From assembly GCA_036172245.1 (NCBI GenBank), contig JAYWIR010000049.1:1178001-1242000 (forward strand): 64,000 bases of DNA, in the 5' to 3' direction. The notes beneath the pieces are model-generated. The model did not search any database. It saw only the letters and a program-made list of their open reading frames with translations, and was not told the origin of the DNA. Origin of the DNA: Raillietiella orientalis (taxonomy: Eukaryota). The position numbers and the translations under genes were made by a program. Numbering within the stretch: position 1 is the first letter of the stretch; each line of letters starts with the position of its first letter. This document shows positions 24,805 to 37,914 of this stretch, piece by piece.

Positions 24805-26979
24805 AATTTGTTTTTAAAGATACTCTTTGAGATCAGCTTGAAACGTTACAATTCTTGACTCATCTTCATTACAAGTAAACCTCTTTTCAAGTGTTCGAAT
24901 CAATCAAAAATGTCAAGTAGATTAAGCAGGCCATCATAACACAATGTTCATATTTCGTTTACTGATTGCAGTCTTGCCTATCTAAAGATCAGTTCCTCAG
25001 AAAAGTTCATCTTCACCATATTATTTCAAAGCAACCTTTAATTTTGCGAATATGCACAAACGCTACATAAAACAATGCGAAAAGTTGCACATTTCAAATA
25101 ATATTGGCGCCCCTTCAGATTTACCAGTCAAATTGAATTGAGACCAAGAAAAAAAACATGCACGTAAACGATTCTTAGCAATTCAAAGACAAAAATTCTA
25201 GCTTTTATTTATCCTAAACATGTATTAAATGGATGATTATTTTTTTTCAAGTATACGTTTTATTTCAAAAAATATGAAATCTTCATGTAGCATTTTTAAG
25301 AAAATTGATTTGAAAACGTATCAACGTTGTGGGTTTACTTCTCAATCATTTGTGAAGTTATAAAAATGCATTCTCCTCATTTGCATTCAGAATTTACAAA
25401 AAATTCATGAATTTCCATTTTTTATCTGTGAATTCATTGCAAGCACAATGAGAAAATAAAAACATAGTATACTGAGAAAGGATAGAATTAAAATTAAGAG
25501 TAAGAATAAATGATATATAAATACATAGAGTAGTATTATTTGTGTGCTTAAACATGTATATTAGTGCAAGCACAATAAATAAGAGAGTGTAGTCGTTTAC
25601 AAAGTGTTTACATGGCTTGTCATTCTGGACTCAACATATCTCCAGCATACGTTCCGAGGAAACCTGCATGAGTCCTTTTATAATTATGCTACACAATGCT
25701 TATCGTTATTGTTGTCTATTGATCAGTAATGAAATTGTGACCATTGTTTTCTTACCATTGTATTGGTTCTTACGGTGGTTTAGAATAGTGAATTAATCCA
25801 AACAAATCGATTTTACATGCAGATGCTTTTTTCTGTAATTTACACAAACCTGCTCGAATGACACACAGGAATCGTGCTATAGATATTTGAAGGCAGTGTA
25901 ATAACTGTCTCAAAGTTAAGTGATTTTAAAATTTCTCGTGAACTCACGCTTACTTGCAAATCGAACAACTGTTTACAGTATAAATCCTATAAAAATATTT
26001 CGAATAAACGAAGAAAAGCAAGCTTAATTTCAAAAAACAAATATTCACGGGTTCGGATTAAAATTACACTTTGATCGTTAGGAAAGTGTTTCAAAAGCAT
26101 CTCCTGACATCCCTGACATCTCCTGATCAATCCTTTGTCTTTGTTTACTTCACGAACGGCTCATCATGAACTTGCAGCCTCATCAGGTAGCTATTGTTAA
26201 AGATTGGTTGCACCAAGCTAACGTGTGTTTTCTATGGATTGAAACACGCGGATTTCGTGAGGATGCTGTTAACTAGGTTGATGCAAATCTCAGACTAAGC
26301 ATTTAACAGACACACTTGGAGTTAATTAACAGAACAAACTTTGAAGTAATGCCAGTTTTCAAGCAACTTTGCAAAATGTGATTCATCTACACCTCATCTG
26401 CCTGGAACATTCCCAGTATTAACATTCAGTTTCATTATTTCTCAATAATATTTGTTAAAATATAATGGAAAATCTGGCAATTCGATTTAGAATACATATG
26501 TATATAAATTAAGTAACAGCAGTAATATGTTGAACTGAAGCAGTCACTCAATTTGGAACCAATTTTGCTTTGATCAGTTTGTTATTTAGGGCACATACAT
26601 GGCTGGGATGCTCAGAATAGTAATGGTTAAATGATATGAAAAATGTGTAAAGCAGTCTCATTGCATTCTTAATTTTTGACAGTGAATCCGTAAGAAAAGG
26701 TTCTTGATAAAAATTGTAGGCATTTCATAAGATTCAGAATATCCTATCTTTAAAGTTTAATAAAGTTTTGGTTCACTTACAATACAAATGGAAGAAAACC
26801 TTTCTATCCTCCATCCTTTCATTTTCTCGATTCATATTTCTCTATAAACAAAAAAACTGAAATTTGTTTACGATTCATCACAGATTAGATCGTTCATAGA
26901 GGAAGTCACCGAGCAGACCCTACCTTATATCATTCATAAGAAAATGTTTTTAGGAAACATTTTGAACAAATTTTTGACA

Positions 26980-27225
26980 AATTCCTTATAATATCCTTAC
27001 TTCACCACTTAATCTTATTCAACATTCTTACTAATTAAAACATTATTTCACATAAATTATTATTAATTACATTTCATTTATTTAATATTTTAAAAATCAA
27101 TATTAACTTAGTATTAAAACCCTATAATAGCTACCTCTAAGCCCATAACTTATCATTATTATCTTACATTTACAAAAAAAAAACAAGCTCATCCCTGCTC
27201 CATTACCTATTGATAATTGGAAATG
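26980..27225 (-). other. Possible mitochondrial-derived fragment (NUMT)
   Basis: Locally very G-poor plus strand. The minus strand in the invertebrate mitochondrial code gives VMEQGW, reminiscent of the nad5 C-terminal DQGW motif. Weak. Confidence 0.25.
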
Positions 27226-28999
27226 TTAATTTGTCAGCATATCACCTCCAAATAAAATTCAACTATACTTTATCATGCATAGCAACATCTAAACATCCTT
27301 AACAGTTATTGGTTACTTTGAACTTGAAGTTATGATTTCTTGTAAAAAACCTCAAGTCCCTAATCTGTATCCCATTTCAAGGATTCTTGATGTTCCTATG
27401 CTTGAAAAAAAACAAATCAGCCGAGCTTTTTTTTTGGAACAAGAAAATCGTTTAGAGATTAGGCTGTTGAAAATAATTAAATGGCATCTATGCATCCAGT
27501 GAATTCAACCATAAGTTTTGAATTTTATCTATCGCAACTTCACTGCGCCTACATTGCTACTTTCTCATCAAGCTTTATTAAAAATATCTTTGCTTAATTA
27601 GTTCTACTAAATAAGGATCGATGATAAATGAATTGAAAGAAATGAGTACAGAAGAGAAAAAAAACCAGCAAATATCTTTAATGTTTAAATGTACTCGATT
27701 GGTTATGAATGATATAAGGGATGATGTATCGACATAAATATTTCTATCACACTTCGTTTCCTCTTCCTTGCATTTCTAAATAGAAGATTTGGAATATTTT
27801 GGATGTTGTTGTCTGTGCAAGATAAACAACAATCATGACACGTGAAATATTTGTTTTTTTGGAAAGTCATGTTTTAAGTATTAAATGCATTTTGCTAAAA
27901 CAATTTGGCAACCCAAAAGAAAAAAGCTTGGTGATGAGAACATCCACAACATCACATGCAATGAAATAATTGAGCAAACAATCTCGTTGACGAATTTAAT
28001 GAAAGTTAAAAAGTGCTGGTCAGGATGCCAGCTTCCCCCTCCAAAATTGGAACTAATGATGTTTTCAACCAAAAGAAACCGCTGGGGCATTCATTAGTAT
28101 CGTAAGCTTAAAGCGCAGTCACAGAATGAGATTTCTGAACTGCTTTGATGCTATATAAAATCTGTTAAAATCAAAAGCAACGGATAAAGAAAGCCGAAAA
28201 GAGTGTGGAGAGGAAATCAGATAAGGGCATACCATGTACGGTCTGTACCTTCCTGCCTCCTCATATTCCTAGTGAGGCATCTTATTGAAAGCATTGCATG
28301 TTAGAAAATCTCAAGGCCTTGAAATTTCAAGTCCCAGATCGAAGTCGAATCCTCCATCCAAACCAGGGTTTAGAAGTTTATCCTTTTAAAGCACTTTTTC
28401 CGTTTCATTTTTCATGTTTAGTTCTGTAGCGCTGTAAACTTGCTTGCATGAACTGAACCATCTCAATCTTTGATTAATCTACAGCTGAAGTTTCTTGGAA
28501 GGAGACAGTTTTCCTTTGCTTTCCTGTTCAGCAGATTATTTTCATTTTCTTTATTTCGAGAATTCATTTTCTCTTTTGATTAATTATTTCGCCAGTATGA
28601 TTCGGTATGCATTATGCCTTCAATTTACTGTTTCCGAAAAAATCGTATTCACCTTATCCAGCATTTATTTCTTAATTGCAAAATCCAAAAATCATATGGA
28701 ATATTTTTGAAGGAGGCACTTGGTAAAGAACATACCTGCAAATGTACTGCTTTTATGATCTACTGGTATTTTTGTTGAGGGCTGATACAAAGGAATGAAG
28801 TCAAAACTACACCTTAGCAGCCTAGAATTCAAAAACAAAGTCATGCATTAGAAATGCATGTATGTGTTTTGCATAAAAGTCGTTTTTCTCCCAATTTTTT
28901 TTTTTCAGGAAATATTCTTTTTACTGTGCTTTTTGAAAATTCCTTGCTGTATATCCCTCTAAATTAAAAAAAATAAAAATGAAAATCGAGGGGACTGAC

Positions 29000-30280
29000 T
29001 CTCTCATTTTGGGGAATCGGAAAAAACCTCGGTTCTCCAAACTGTTGGAACGCCCTACTCATTCGAAAGCACCCTTCCATGATTGCTTCTGGTGAACTTT
29101 TGATCTCTGACTCAACCTGAATACGGATTGTGCTTTCCACGAATAAGGCAGTCATTCAAAAATGCAGCCTTAATTCCTATTCGGTTCAGTCCTTCAATGG
29201 TCCCCACAGAAGCCAATTTCTCCAGCATTCCACAAAAGATTCATCTTCCCTTAAACACAGTCTAACAAGATGCCTCTAATGCTCTCGACTCCATTTTCGA
29301 GAAATGACCGGAGTGCCTGTTCAATCATTTACGAGTAGTTTGCGTAGTTCGGTTCTCTTCAGTGAACAAAATTCATTCTATAATTCCACACAGATTCAAA
29401 TTTTACGTTTTTAATTGCGTCTGACTGATATATCGCAAGATTGTAAAACAGCACGAGTTATTATTATTCTTTTCAGTGCATTTAGGTGGTCATTAGCAAT
29501 CATAAAACTTATGAGGATGGTATGAATTCCGAGCAATTAATTTCAAGGTTTTTGCACTAGTAGTCTCACCGAAAATCCATTACTAGGGTTTACTTGCTTG
29601 AGGTGTCTTATCTGTGTCTTGTTTAATCCTTGTGGAAGTGCATTAAGCAAGACATAAATGTGCTTCCATCACCGTAGCTATGAAGAACACTACTGAGGAA
29701 TCCCTGTCTGTAGCTAAGTTGACGATTCAAAATATCGAAAGTGTCCTTTTTATGAGTTGCCCTTCTCATAACAGCAAAATTACTGCAAAACCGATGGTGA
29801 CCACGTAAATGAAGACCGAGTTAGGGGAAGCCTGTATCTCTCGGATGACTCATCTTTGATCTTTTCGTGAAAGGCAAGATGGAATACAAGCATATGTGAG
29901 TTTAAAATCGATGGATGACTGTCTCATGTAAAAAATGATGTATCTTGATAAATTTTTCAGAGATTCCGAGGTTTGCCTTCATGCTTATGATAAAGAACAC
30001 CTCCGTATGCAAAGCTCAGTGGCAGGCAGTTCTCGAGTCCACTGGCTGGAGTTTTGCTGCCCGGCGGCCCTCCATTTTTCCCCACGAGCACTTTTTACGA
30101 GGATTTTTGATTTCGACCGCCTCCTGTCCCTGTAGTCCTCTCGACTTCCTAGCCTTCGGCGTATGGAATCCCAGATGAAAAAAATCCCCGAGAGATTGTT
30201 CTTCGGATCCCACCTGTTTATCCACATCTGTTCCCATTCTCTCAAACCGACTGGAATGATTTTGCTAATCTCCACAGACA
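29000..30280 (-). mobile_element. Decayed DIRS-like retrotransposon RT/RNase H remnant
   Basis: EWEQMWINRW..SGIFF (RT N-terminal W...W..G pattern) and SSIDFKLTYACIP (IDLKDAY-like), with an RNase H-like stretch near 29.1-29.2 kb. Confidence 0.45.
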
Positions 30281-31449
30281 GATATGTTTTTCATCCAAGG
30301 GATGAATGCCGAAGAGAACTCAAGACGAACGTTATAATTTTTTAAAGGGAGCAGCAGAGGAAACACCGTCAAACACGCTGATGAAACCGTTTTGATAGCC
30401 ACGTTTGAACACAGGAACACGAAAAGTAGAAAACTGAGAAATGGAAGACGGTATTTGTGTTTTCCACGAAATCATCAAAGATCTTGAGTTCTACTCGAAT
30501 TATGTTCTTCATGGCTCAGTTAGATCCCTGTTAATGTGTCGTCGTTGTGACACTTTGTGATCTGTGAGAAATCTTATCAAAAGAATTGCTCAAGGTGCTT
30601 TATGAATGAAGTTTGGTTATCACACAAAAGACAGCATCCATAAGGGAACTGTAAAAATGCAGTAAATATATGAAAAACTGGATGTAAGATTTCAACACGT
30701 GAAAACTCTTGAATGTGAAAGAGTGGATGTAAACTCCACAAACTCAATATATATGAAACTGAAAACTTTCTTATTTATCACTCATTGACAGTTAGCATCG
30801 GAATCTTCTGACTTCGAGATCATTTGTCTTCTATGGTAACGTCCTCCCAAAGTTCGTATTCTCAGCATTTTGTTTGAAAAGAGACGAAAAAAAGCCGCCA
30901 AAGAAGTCAGGGGTGCAGTCTCCTGGTCACCAAATGTAGATTTTGTTCATTTATACAAAGATTCAGGAATTACACGGGGGTGGGTGAGTGCTCAAGTAGG
31001 TCGATTTGCTATTTTTTCGCGATTATAATGGAAAAACAAACAGTTCGCATGGAGGAATTCGGACACGTAAATTTTCAGTACACACCATGAAAAAAAGACT
31101 CCGAAATGAAACCAAAGGATTGAAGAATCCAACAGAGCATTCTATATGCTGAAGATAGATGTTCGTGCGTTACTCTTTACTCTCAACGAAGTGTGTTACA
31201 TTCCCTCTCTAAAATCCTAAAAGCTATATGGATACTGATCTGATACATTATGATGATTGATTGAGCAAAGCATAGAATGCGATGCTTAGAATGGAGGCTG
31301 ATGGTAAGTTCCAAGTTACAGGTGCAGCATGAGAACGTTTTAGGAATTGCTCATCCGAACGCGGTTTCATTTTTTATCTCTCTACTCATGAACTAGGTGG
31401 TTTGGTTTCGAAGACATTTTATAAAGCAGGGATTTGAACACAGGCATAA

Positions 31450-33350
31450 CTAAATAAAAATAGTTGGCAAATTCAATGGTGATTTCTTAGAAACGATGGA
31501 AGGCAAGCGAACGTATTTGTTGAATTGGTGAATTCCTTGCAGAGAGTATGTGGGTCGGTGCTTGAACAGCGTGCTCCTGGAAGCCGCCCGTACACACTTT
31601 TTCAACGTTAGATTACCTCCATAAGTGTCAGATGACCTCATTTCTATCATCTGGTATATCCGTGCAAAATGCTCGTGCTTTTCCTCTATTCCTCATGAAA
31701 CATGGCTAGCCCACTGAAGAAAACAATGCGAGAGCACCTTTTCCGATGATGTTGTTGGGATCCCTTCCAGGGGCGTTTCAGATCGGCCTCTGTGAAGAAG
31801 TCCTTATGTTGAGACGAGATGATCTGTGACGGTCGAAAATTTGCGAAAGTGATCCAAATCCAGTTCGCTTCCATCCTCGGTTTGTTGACTGAAATTCTCA
31901 CCGCGGTCGGAGGAAGGCGCCAGGGGAGGACGGCCTGCCCGGGGAATTTTCTCAATGCTTCGCGGCAGAACTGACCCCCTCCCCCACCGGTGCTTCGGTT
32001 GACGGAGCTGATTCGAGGCGAAGGCGACGTTGCGGTGCTTTCCTCACCCAGCATCTCGTTTCAAAGAACAACACCTTTTTTCCCCCCTGTACGCCAGGAG
32101 TACTGGAGTACCACCATTACTTGCCGAGATTCATGTGTTCAGATCCAGTTCCTCCCAAATACGCAGCTTCCAGATCCATGTAGGATACGCTGTGGAATGT
32201 TTCTGCCACACGAGTCTTGACGAATTCTCTGGGTGGATCTCTTCCACGAACTCTGTTGTTTGTAAACGTTACAAGGAAACTAGTGCAAAGAAACGATCTA
32301 AGCTTCCGCTAAGGAAGGGAAGATGCAGTTCTGCGGTGTCAGCTGTGGGAAAAAATGTTCTCAAGGATCTGCTGAACTCATTGGAACTTTTCGTCTCTCA
32401 AAGGCGTGCTACGTTTCTATGATTGAGGCGATCATAGACCAAAATAGCAATCGTTGCATAAATGGAAGAACTTGGAAATAAAGCCGGACAATTGAAAACG
32501 GATCTCCTAACTAGCATGCTTTTGTAAACAAAACAAGGAACGGGTCCGTGCTTGTGACCACGTTTAAGCAACCGAGCTCGGGAGCATAGCTTGTGCGTAT
32601 AGATCACGACTAGATTTCATGCTTGAATTCCTATTTGGCATCCGTTTGCTAGCTCTATTAAAGCTTGAAGCTCTGAGAAGTTGGTTTCTCGTAAGGATCA
32701 AGCGTCCATCATCTGCGAAATGTATGATTCCACTCCCTTTGTCTACCCTTTCGAGGTGCCTCGCTCTCGTAATCACCAACGACAGACATTCATTCCCCAA
32801 ATGGCAGAAAACAGGAACCCATACTGACTGGACAGTTTCACAAGGAGCTACCAAAAGCACTTGTCTATGGAAACCCTTTCTTTTCTGTCTTCTCCGTTCT
32901 TTGGCACGGTTCCACGCCAACCGAAGGTGGGTAATTTCTTCAAGATGGGGGGGAGGGGGGGGGGTGAGGCTCCGCCCTATGAATCCAGGAAGGACTCGGA
33001 ATCCGTTCCTCTCACGCCTGGGGAGTGATCCCCGGAAATGATCACCTCCACCCTGCTGGTCTCCGAAGTGGAATCCGGAAGGGAATATCCTTCCTTATTC
33101 TCTCCGGAGGATCGCCGGGAGGGTCCGCTCCATTCTTTCTTCTCTGAAGGGAACCCGGAAAAGATCCGCTCCTGGATTTTCTTCTTCGGAGGGGATACCC
33201 CGCAAGGGATCCGCTCCTGTTTTTGATCCTCTGAAGAGAGCCCAGAAGGGACGCTTCCGAAATTCAGAAGGACACAGCTTCCCTGAAGGGATCGGCTCGC
33301 TTCTCTGCACACTTTCTGGAGAGGTGGTGGCGACACGCCTACTCCATCAG
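31450..33350 (-). mobile_element. Decayed DIRS-like retrotransposon (RT, methylase-like region, tyrosine-recombinase tail)
   Basis: In DIRS domain order: KEGYSLP; VAP..VWVPVFCHLGNECLSLV (AP..P+..L..G-like); EADLKRPWKG (DAF..W-like); CVRAASRS..FNKY (HSxRAAS-like). Confidence 0.5.
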
Positions 33351-33584
33351 TACCACTTGGAGGGTCCCCCCCCGGAATGGGGGGTCCGCTCCTTCACAAC
33401 CGGAGGGGAGCTCCCACTCCGTGATTCCTAGAAGGACAAGGAGATCGACTCCCGTTTGTCCCGGCCCTCATCGGGGGGCATCCGGTTTCAACCGCTACCA
33501 GTGCCGCACCCGGATGAATGTAGGCCGACCAGCGTCATCTTGTGGGGTGAACTCGGGACCCACGAGGCACTGCGTTGATTCGGT

Positions 33585-33656
33585 TCGGGGTATTCGAACC
33601 CGTGACGCTTGGTGGTGCCACGCGCGGAGACCACCATAACCACAAGGCCTCCGGGG
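33585..33656 (-). other. tRNA-derived sequence with Pol III A/B box-like motifs
   Basis: Minus strand: AGGCCTTGTGGTTA (A-box-like), hairpin TGGTGGT/ACCACCA, GGGTTCGAATAC (B box). No clean cloverleaf. Confidence 0.35.
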
Positions 33657-34671
33657 CGGGCTACCAAAAGCAGCTGTCCATCGTCCAGTCTAGCGAGGGC
33701 TCGGCTGGTTCTGCATCGATGGTTGCAGCTTCTGGGGAAGTATGTGTTGGTAGAAGTGTGCTGTGGGAGTTAAATGACTCAACCACACGTGTAGTATACG
33801 AAATTTCAAAAAATACATTTCTCTGATTTGTTGTCAGTGTGTTTATGTTTTCCTCTATTCGTTGTTGGGGCCTGGATGCTTGAGAACATAAACTGCATGA
33901 CCTTTTTATTTATATGTTAAGAGTCACATGAAAAACTGGTCATCTACTTTTTATAATACTTGAACTTGAAGTTTTAATTAATTGAAACGCCGCTACCCAT
34001 GATAATTCACTTCTTTCAGCCATTAGATATGGACGTCTAGAATTCAGGCAGTAGTTTATTGAATTTGAAAGTAAACTTGATTCATTAGTTACCATTAACG
34101 ACCGCAAATATTTTTTTATTTCAGTTGTGATGAGATTAAAATGATGGTTTTAGTTAATATTTCTAAAATTGTTTTCTAAGCATGAGACTTCAAAAGTAAT
34201 CAAATGTACTAAATATAGTTGTAAATCAGAATGTAAACTCAAAGTGATATAAACTCAGTGTTGTAATATATCTTTTTATTTTGATTTTAGTGTTTCTTCG
34301 TGAACATCCTGGTGTAGCATGTTGCCAAGTGCAATGAATTTTACAACTATGGAAAGGAATTACATACTTCAATTTATTTTAGATGTTGAAAATTATTTTT
34401 TTAATTCTTATTAAATGATAAACTTTTATTAAATTTTAACCAACTTTTGTGTTTCTTATCGGTTATGTTTTCTAACTCTAAGTCACATAGCAGTATTTAA
34501 TTTTAGTTTTTGATCAACTTAAAGAGATCAACAGTTCCTTTCTTAAAAAGATGGTGACTATAGTTGTTCTGGTTTTGAGTTTTGGGTGCATGGCAGACTA
34601 ATATTTAGGATTATTTAGAACTTAATTTTTTCAATCAACCGTACCATCCTAAATACAAATTCGTTTTTCCA

Positions 34672-37372
34672 ATGACTGTTTATAATTTATATATCTATGA
34701 TAAGAAAGGTACTCTTCTATATTATCATGAATGGCGTAGAACAAAGTTTTCAGGAATTCCCAAAGAAGAGGTACTTATCAGTTTACTCAGTAATTAATTT
34801 CTAATAGATCCAAAGCGCGTCACAATATGCTTTTAGCAGTAGATTGAGTTTGTTTTTATGTTATAAGAAGTATGGTTCAATGTTGTTCATTGAAATTCAT
34901 ATTATTCTTTAATTTTTGAAGTGATATCAGTTTATGTTTAGTGCAAATGAATAATGCCCATTCTTTGTTGAAATAATTTACGAAAAAATTTCATACAAAC
35001 TTGCTGATTATGGAAAATAGGAAAGTTTCAGAAAGCACATTTGTATGAGAGGAAATTGAATTCCAATGTTTTCCGGAATAAAGTTATCTGTAATGTAAGG
35101 CACTTATGATATTGAACTTTTAATGTCAGAAATTTCCAATTTATTTGAATTAGATTTTTTTGGTATCACGTTTAGGACATACTTTTTGCATTAATATCTG
35201 GATTGTTGCTCAAGCAAAATCATGACAAATAATTTGCAAATACAGGCATGAATTTAATTTAACAACTAAGGATGATTCGTAAAATTATATTGCCTGTGAT
35301 TTATCCTATACAGCTGCAAAATAAATCAAAAAGATGCAATTAACAAGGTTACAAGATGTTAACCAATTCAACAAAGAATGCATGAATGTTCAAATGCATC
35401 TTGGTTTTTGTTGATGCCACTCATTTTTTAGGAAAGATTTATTAAGCATTGCGTATGTAATGCTCATTAATTCTTGTGTTTAAATTAAAATAATGGATGG
35501 TGGGGAAAAAAGTGATATTGTTAATTTAAGTCATGAAACATTTGAAAGGAAAATCTGTCTTAATTTACTGTCAATAATGTTTCGCCTGAAACAGATTGTT
35601 AATTCAATTCATTAATTTAAGGAAGAAAAATTGTTGTATGGTTGTCTCTACTCTTTGAAATCATTTACAAGCAAAATATCTCCACTTGATGTTACTGATG
35701 GGCTTACTTCATTCAGAACAAACAAGTACAAATTGCATTATTTTGAAACAGCCACAGGATTAAAATTTGTAATCAATACAGATATATTTGCATTAAATGT
35801 TCATTCAACTTTGCAACAGCTATATTCACAGGTAATTTCATGTTTTCAGTAATGACAGATTTTGATCCTTAGTTTGTATTGTTGTAAAGGGATTGCTCTA
35901 CAAAGCAAGCATTTAAATGCAAAGCTTGCATTGCTGTTTCAACTTATCTGTATACACATTAGCAAATGCGTATTTATAAGCTTTATAAATGGTATTACCT
36001 GTTTTACGAAGTTACAAAGCAGTCACGGTATTACAGCATTTCTATCATTACCAACTTTTGAAACAATATTGTTGCTTTTGTTACATCTGTAATGAAACAT
36101 GTAGATCCATAACATTATAGATCTGCATTATTTTACCGTAATTATTCAAGTTTAGATGTACAAACGTTGCCACTTTTTTTGCTTAAAAACAAAGAATCAG
36201 AACTGGTTTCTGTTTAACAAGACAAACTTTGCTGAATACATGCATGGGTAGCAAAACTGTAGTCATGAAGGAAAATTTAGGAACAGGGAACATGAATAAA
36301 ATAACTCAAAAGTATTGTGGTATTGAGCATGAAAGTAATAGTAAAGTAAAAATTAAACAATTTGGTTAATTTGTTTGATGATTAAGGTCAATTCCCAGAT
36401 TGAGAGTACAGTTTGAGATAAACTGCTGGAAGCAAAGGAAACTGGAATTAGGGAACACAAGAATTTTAAACAAAGTTGCACATTCTTATTGAAAGCCTTA
36501 TCGAAACCTCAACCTCGGAAATCAGGTGAAACAAAAAAGCTTGATTCCATCAAACAGTGTCTAAATTCGACTAGTTGTAATGGGAAGAAATGAATCCACT
36601 TTTGAGTAGGAGAAGGGTCATTAAAAAAGTTTTAGATTTTTAACTATCCTCTGGTAAAAACGAATTGTAAATGTATCATATTTTCATGTTATAAAATTAA
36701 TTCAGAAACTTTAATGAAAGTTTGTACAAAAAAATTGGTACATGGAATAATTTTATTTTGAATATAGGAAACTTTAGAAACCAAATTAGTTTGAAATTTG
36801 TCAGATTGTTTTGATGATCATGTGGAATCATAAACTCGTAGAAATATAGATATGAATTGCATTGCACATTCTTAGTGCTTTTTAATTAATTAAAGTCTCA
36901 GATCCAATTAGAATGCAGAATTAGGCACAAACAAATGCATAAAACTTATTGCCAGGTTTTAAGCAATAAGCATTCCAGCTACAAATTTGTTCCGTGAAAA
37001 AAGTTCGATGAAATCTCAACAGCCTTTATAAAGTACATAGGATAAAGTACGTATTCATAGGATGCATGTTTTATTTTTGAGGGTTGCTAGATGTCTTTCT
37101 TTGAAGAACCAACTGTTGACCAAAGTGTGAGTGTATTGTGTATTATTAAGTCACATGAAAGTGGAAATGATTTGGTGAAAACAAAACTTAATGCATATCA
37201 AATAATACATTTAATTAAATGTACAGATTGCATGTATTAGTTTTTGTTTTAGGTATATGTGGAGTATGTTGTGAAAAATCCGCTTTGTGAACAAGGAAAA
37301 CCTATCAGGAGTCTGTTGTTTGCTGAGCAAGTAGATAATTTCATAAAACAATCCCCAATTTTTGGAAAATGA
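34672..37372 (+). CDS. TRAPPC1: Trafficking protein particle complex subunit 1 (BET5); exons 34672-34770, 35622-35831, 37253-37372
   Basis: [24 protein letters not shown] / [45 protein letters not shown] / [18 protein letters not shown] junctions keep the frame. Confidence 0.95.
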
Positions 37373-37914
37373 TTGCTTCAGTTTTTATTCCTTCATGGAA
37401 ATATATAATTGGAAATGTGCGTTGTTTAAATTGTTTCAGGTTATTATATAAAAGCTACATGTTATTTGCTTGAATCAGAAGAAAACAGAATCTGGTGATT
37501 AATCTGGAAACTCTTACTATTAATGTGTAATTTTTTGGAGTAGTCCTTTGATGTGATGTACAAAACTATCACTGACAACATCCTAACCAAGATTAGTAAC
37601 ATTTATTAAAATCAATCACTGCTTAAATATGCAAAGTATTTGAATAAGACATGTTAGTCCTTTTCACATGTTTTTGTATTTCTGCTGTATTAACATGTTA
37701 GTTCCTGATAGTTCTCGAGCCAAAAAAGCTAACCACTTGCTACAATACTACTGCTTCTCTGCATGTTTTGTTTTCTCAGCATGTCTTAAAAGATGCATGA
37801 CTGCCATTAGTTTATATTATTGATTCAGAGCTTCAGATGTAAGTTTTCTGAATGCATTTTCGTAATTGATTGCAATTACTTTCATAAAGTAATTGCACTC
37901 AATTCTGTTGACCT

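Noticed and set aside
25430..26130. Short direct repeats (GCAAGCACAAT twice; CCTGACATC tandem) as a CRISPR-like or structured array
   Set aside because: Only two or three short copies with no regular spacers, in a eukaryotic context.
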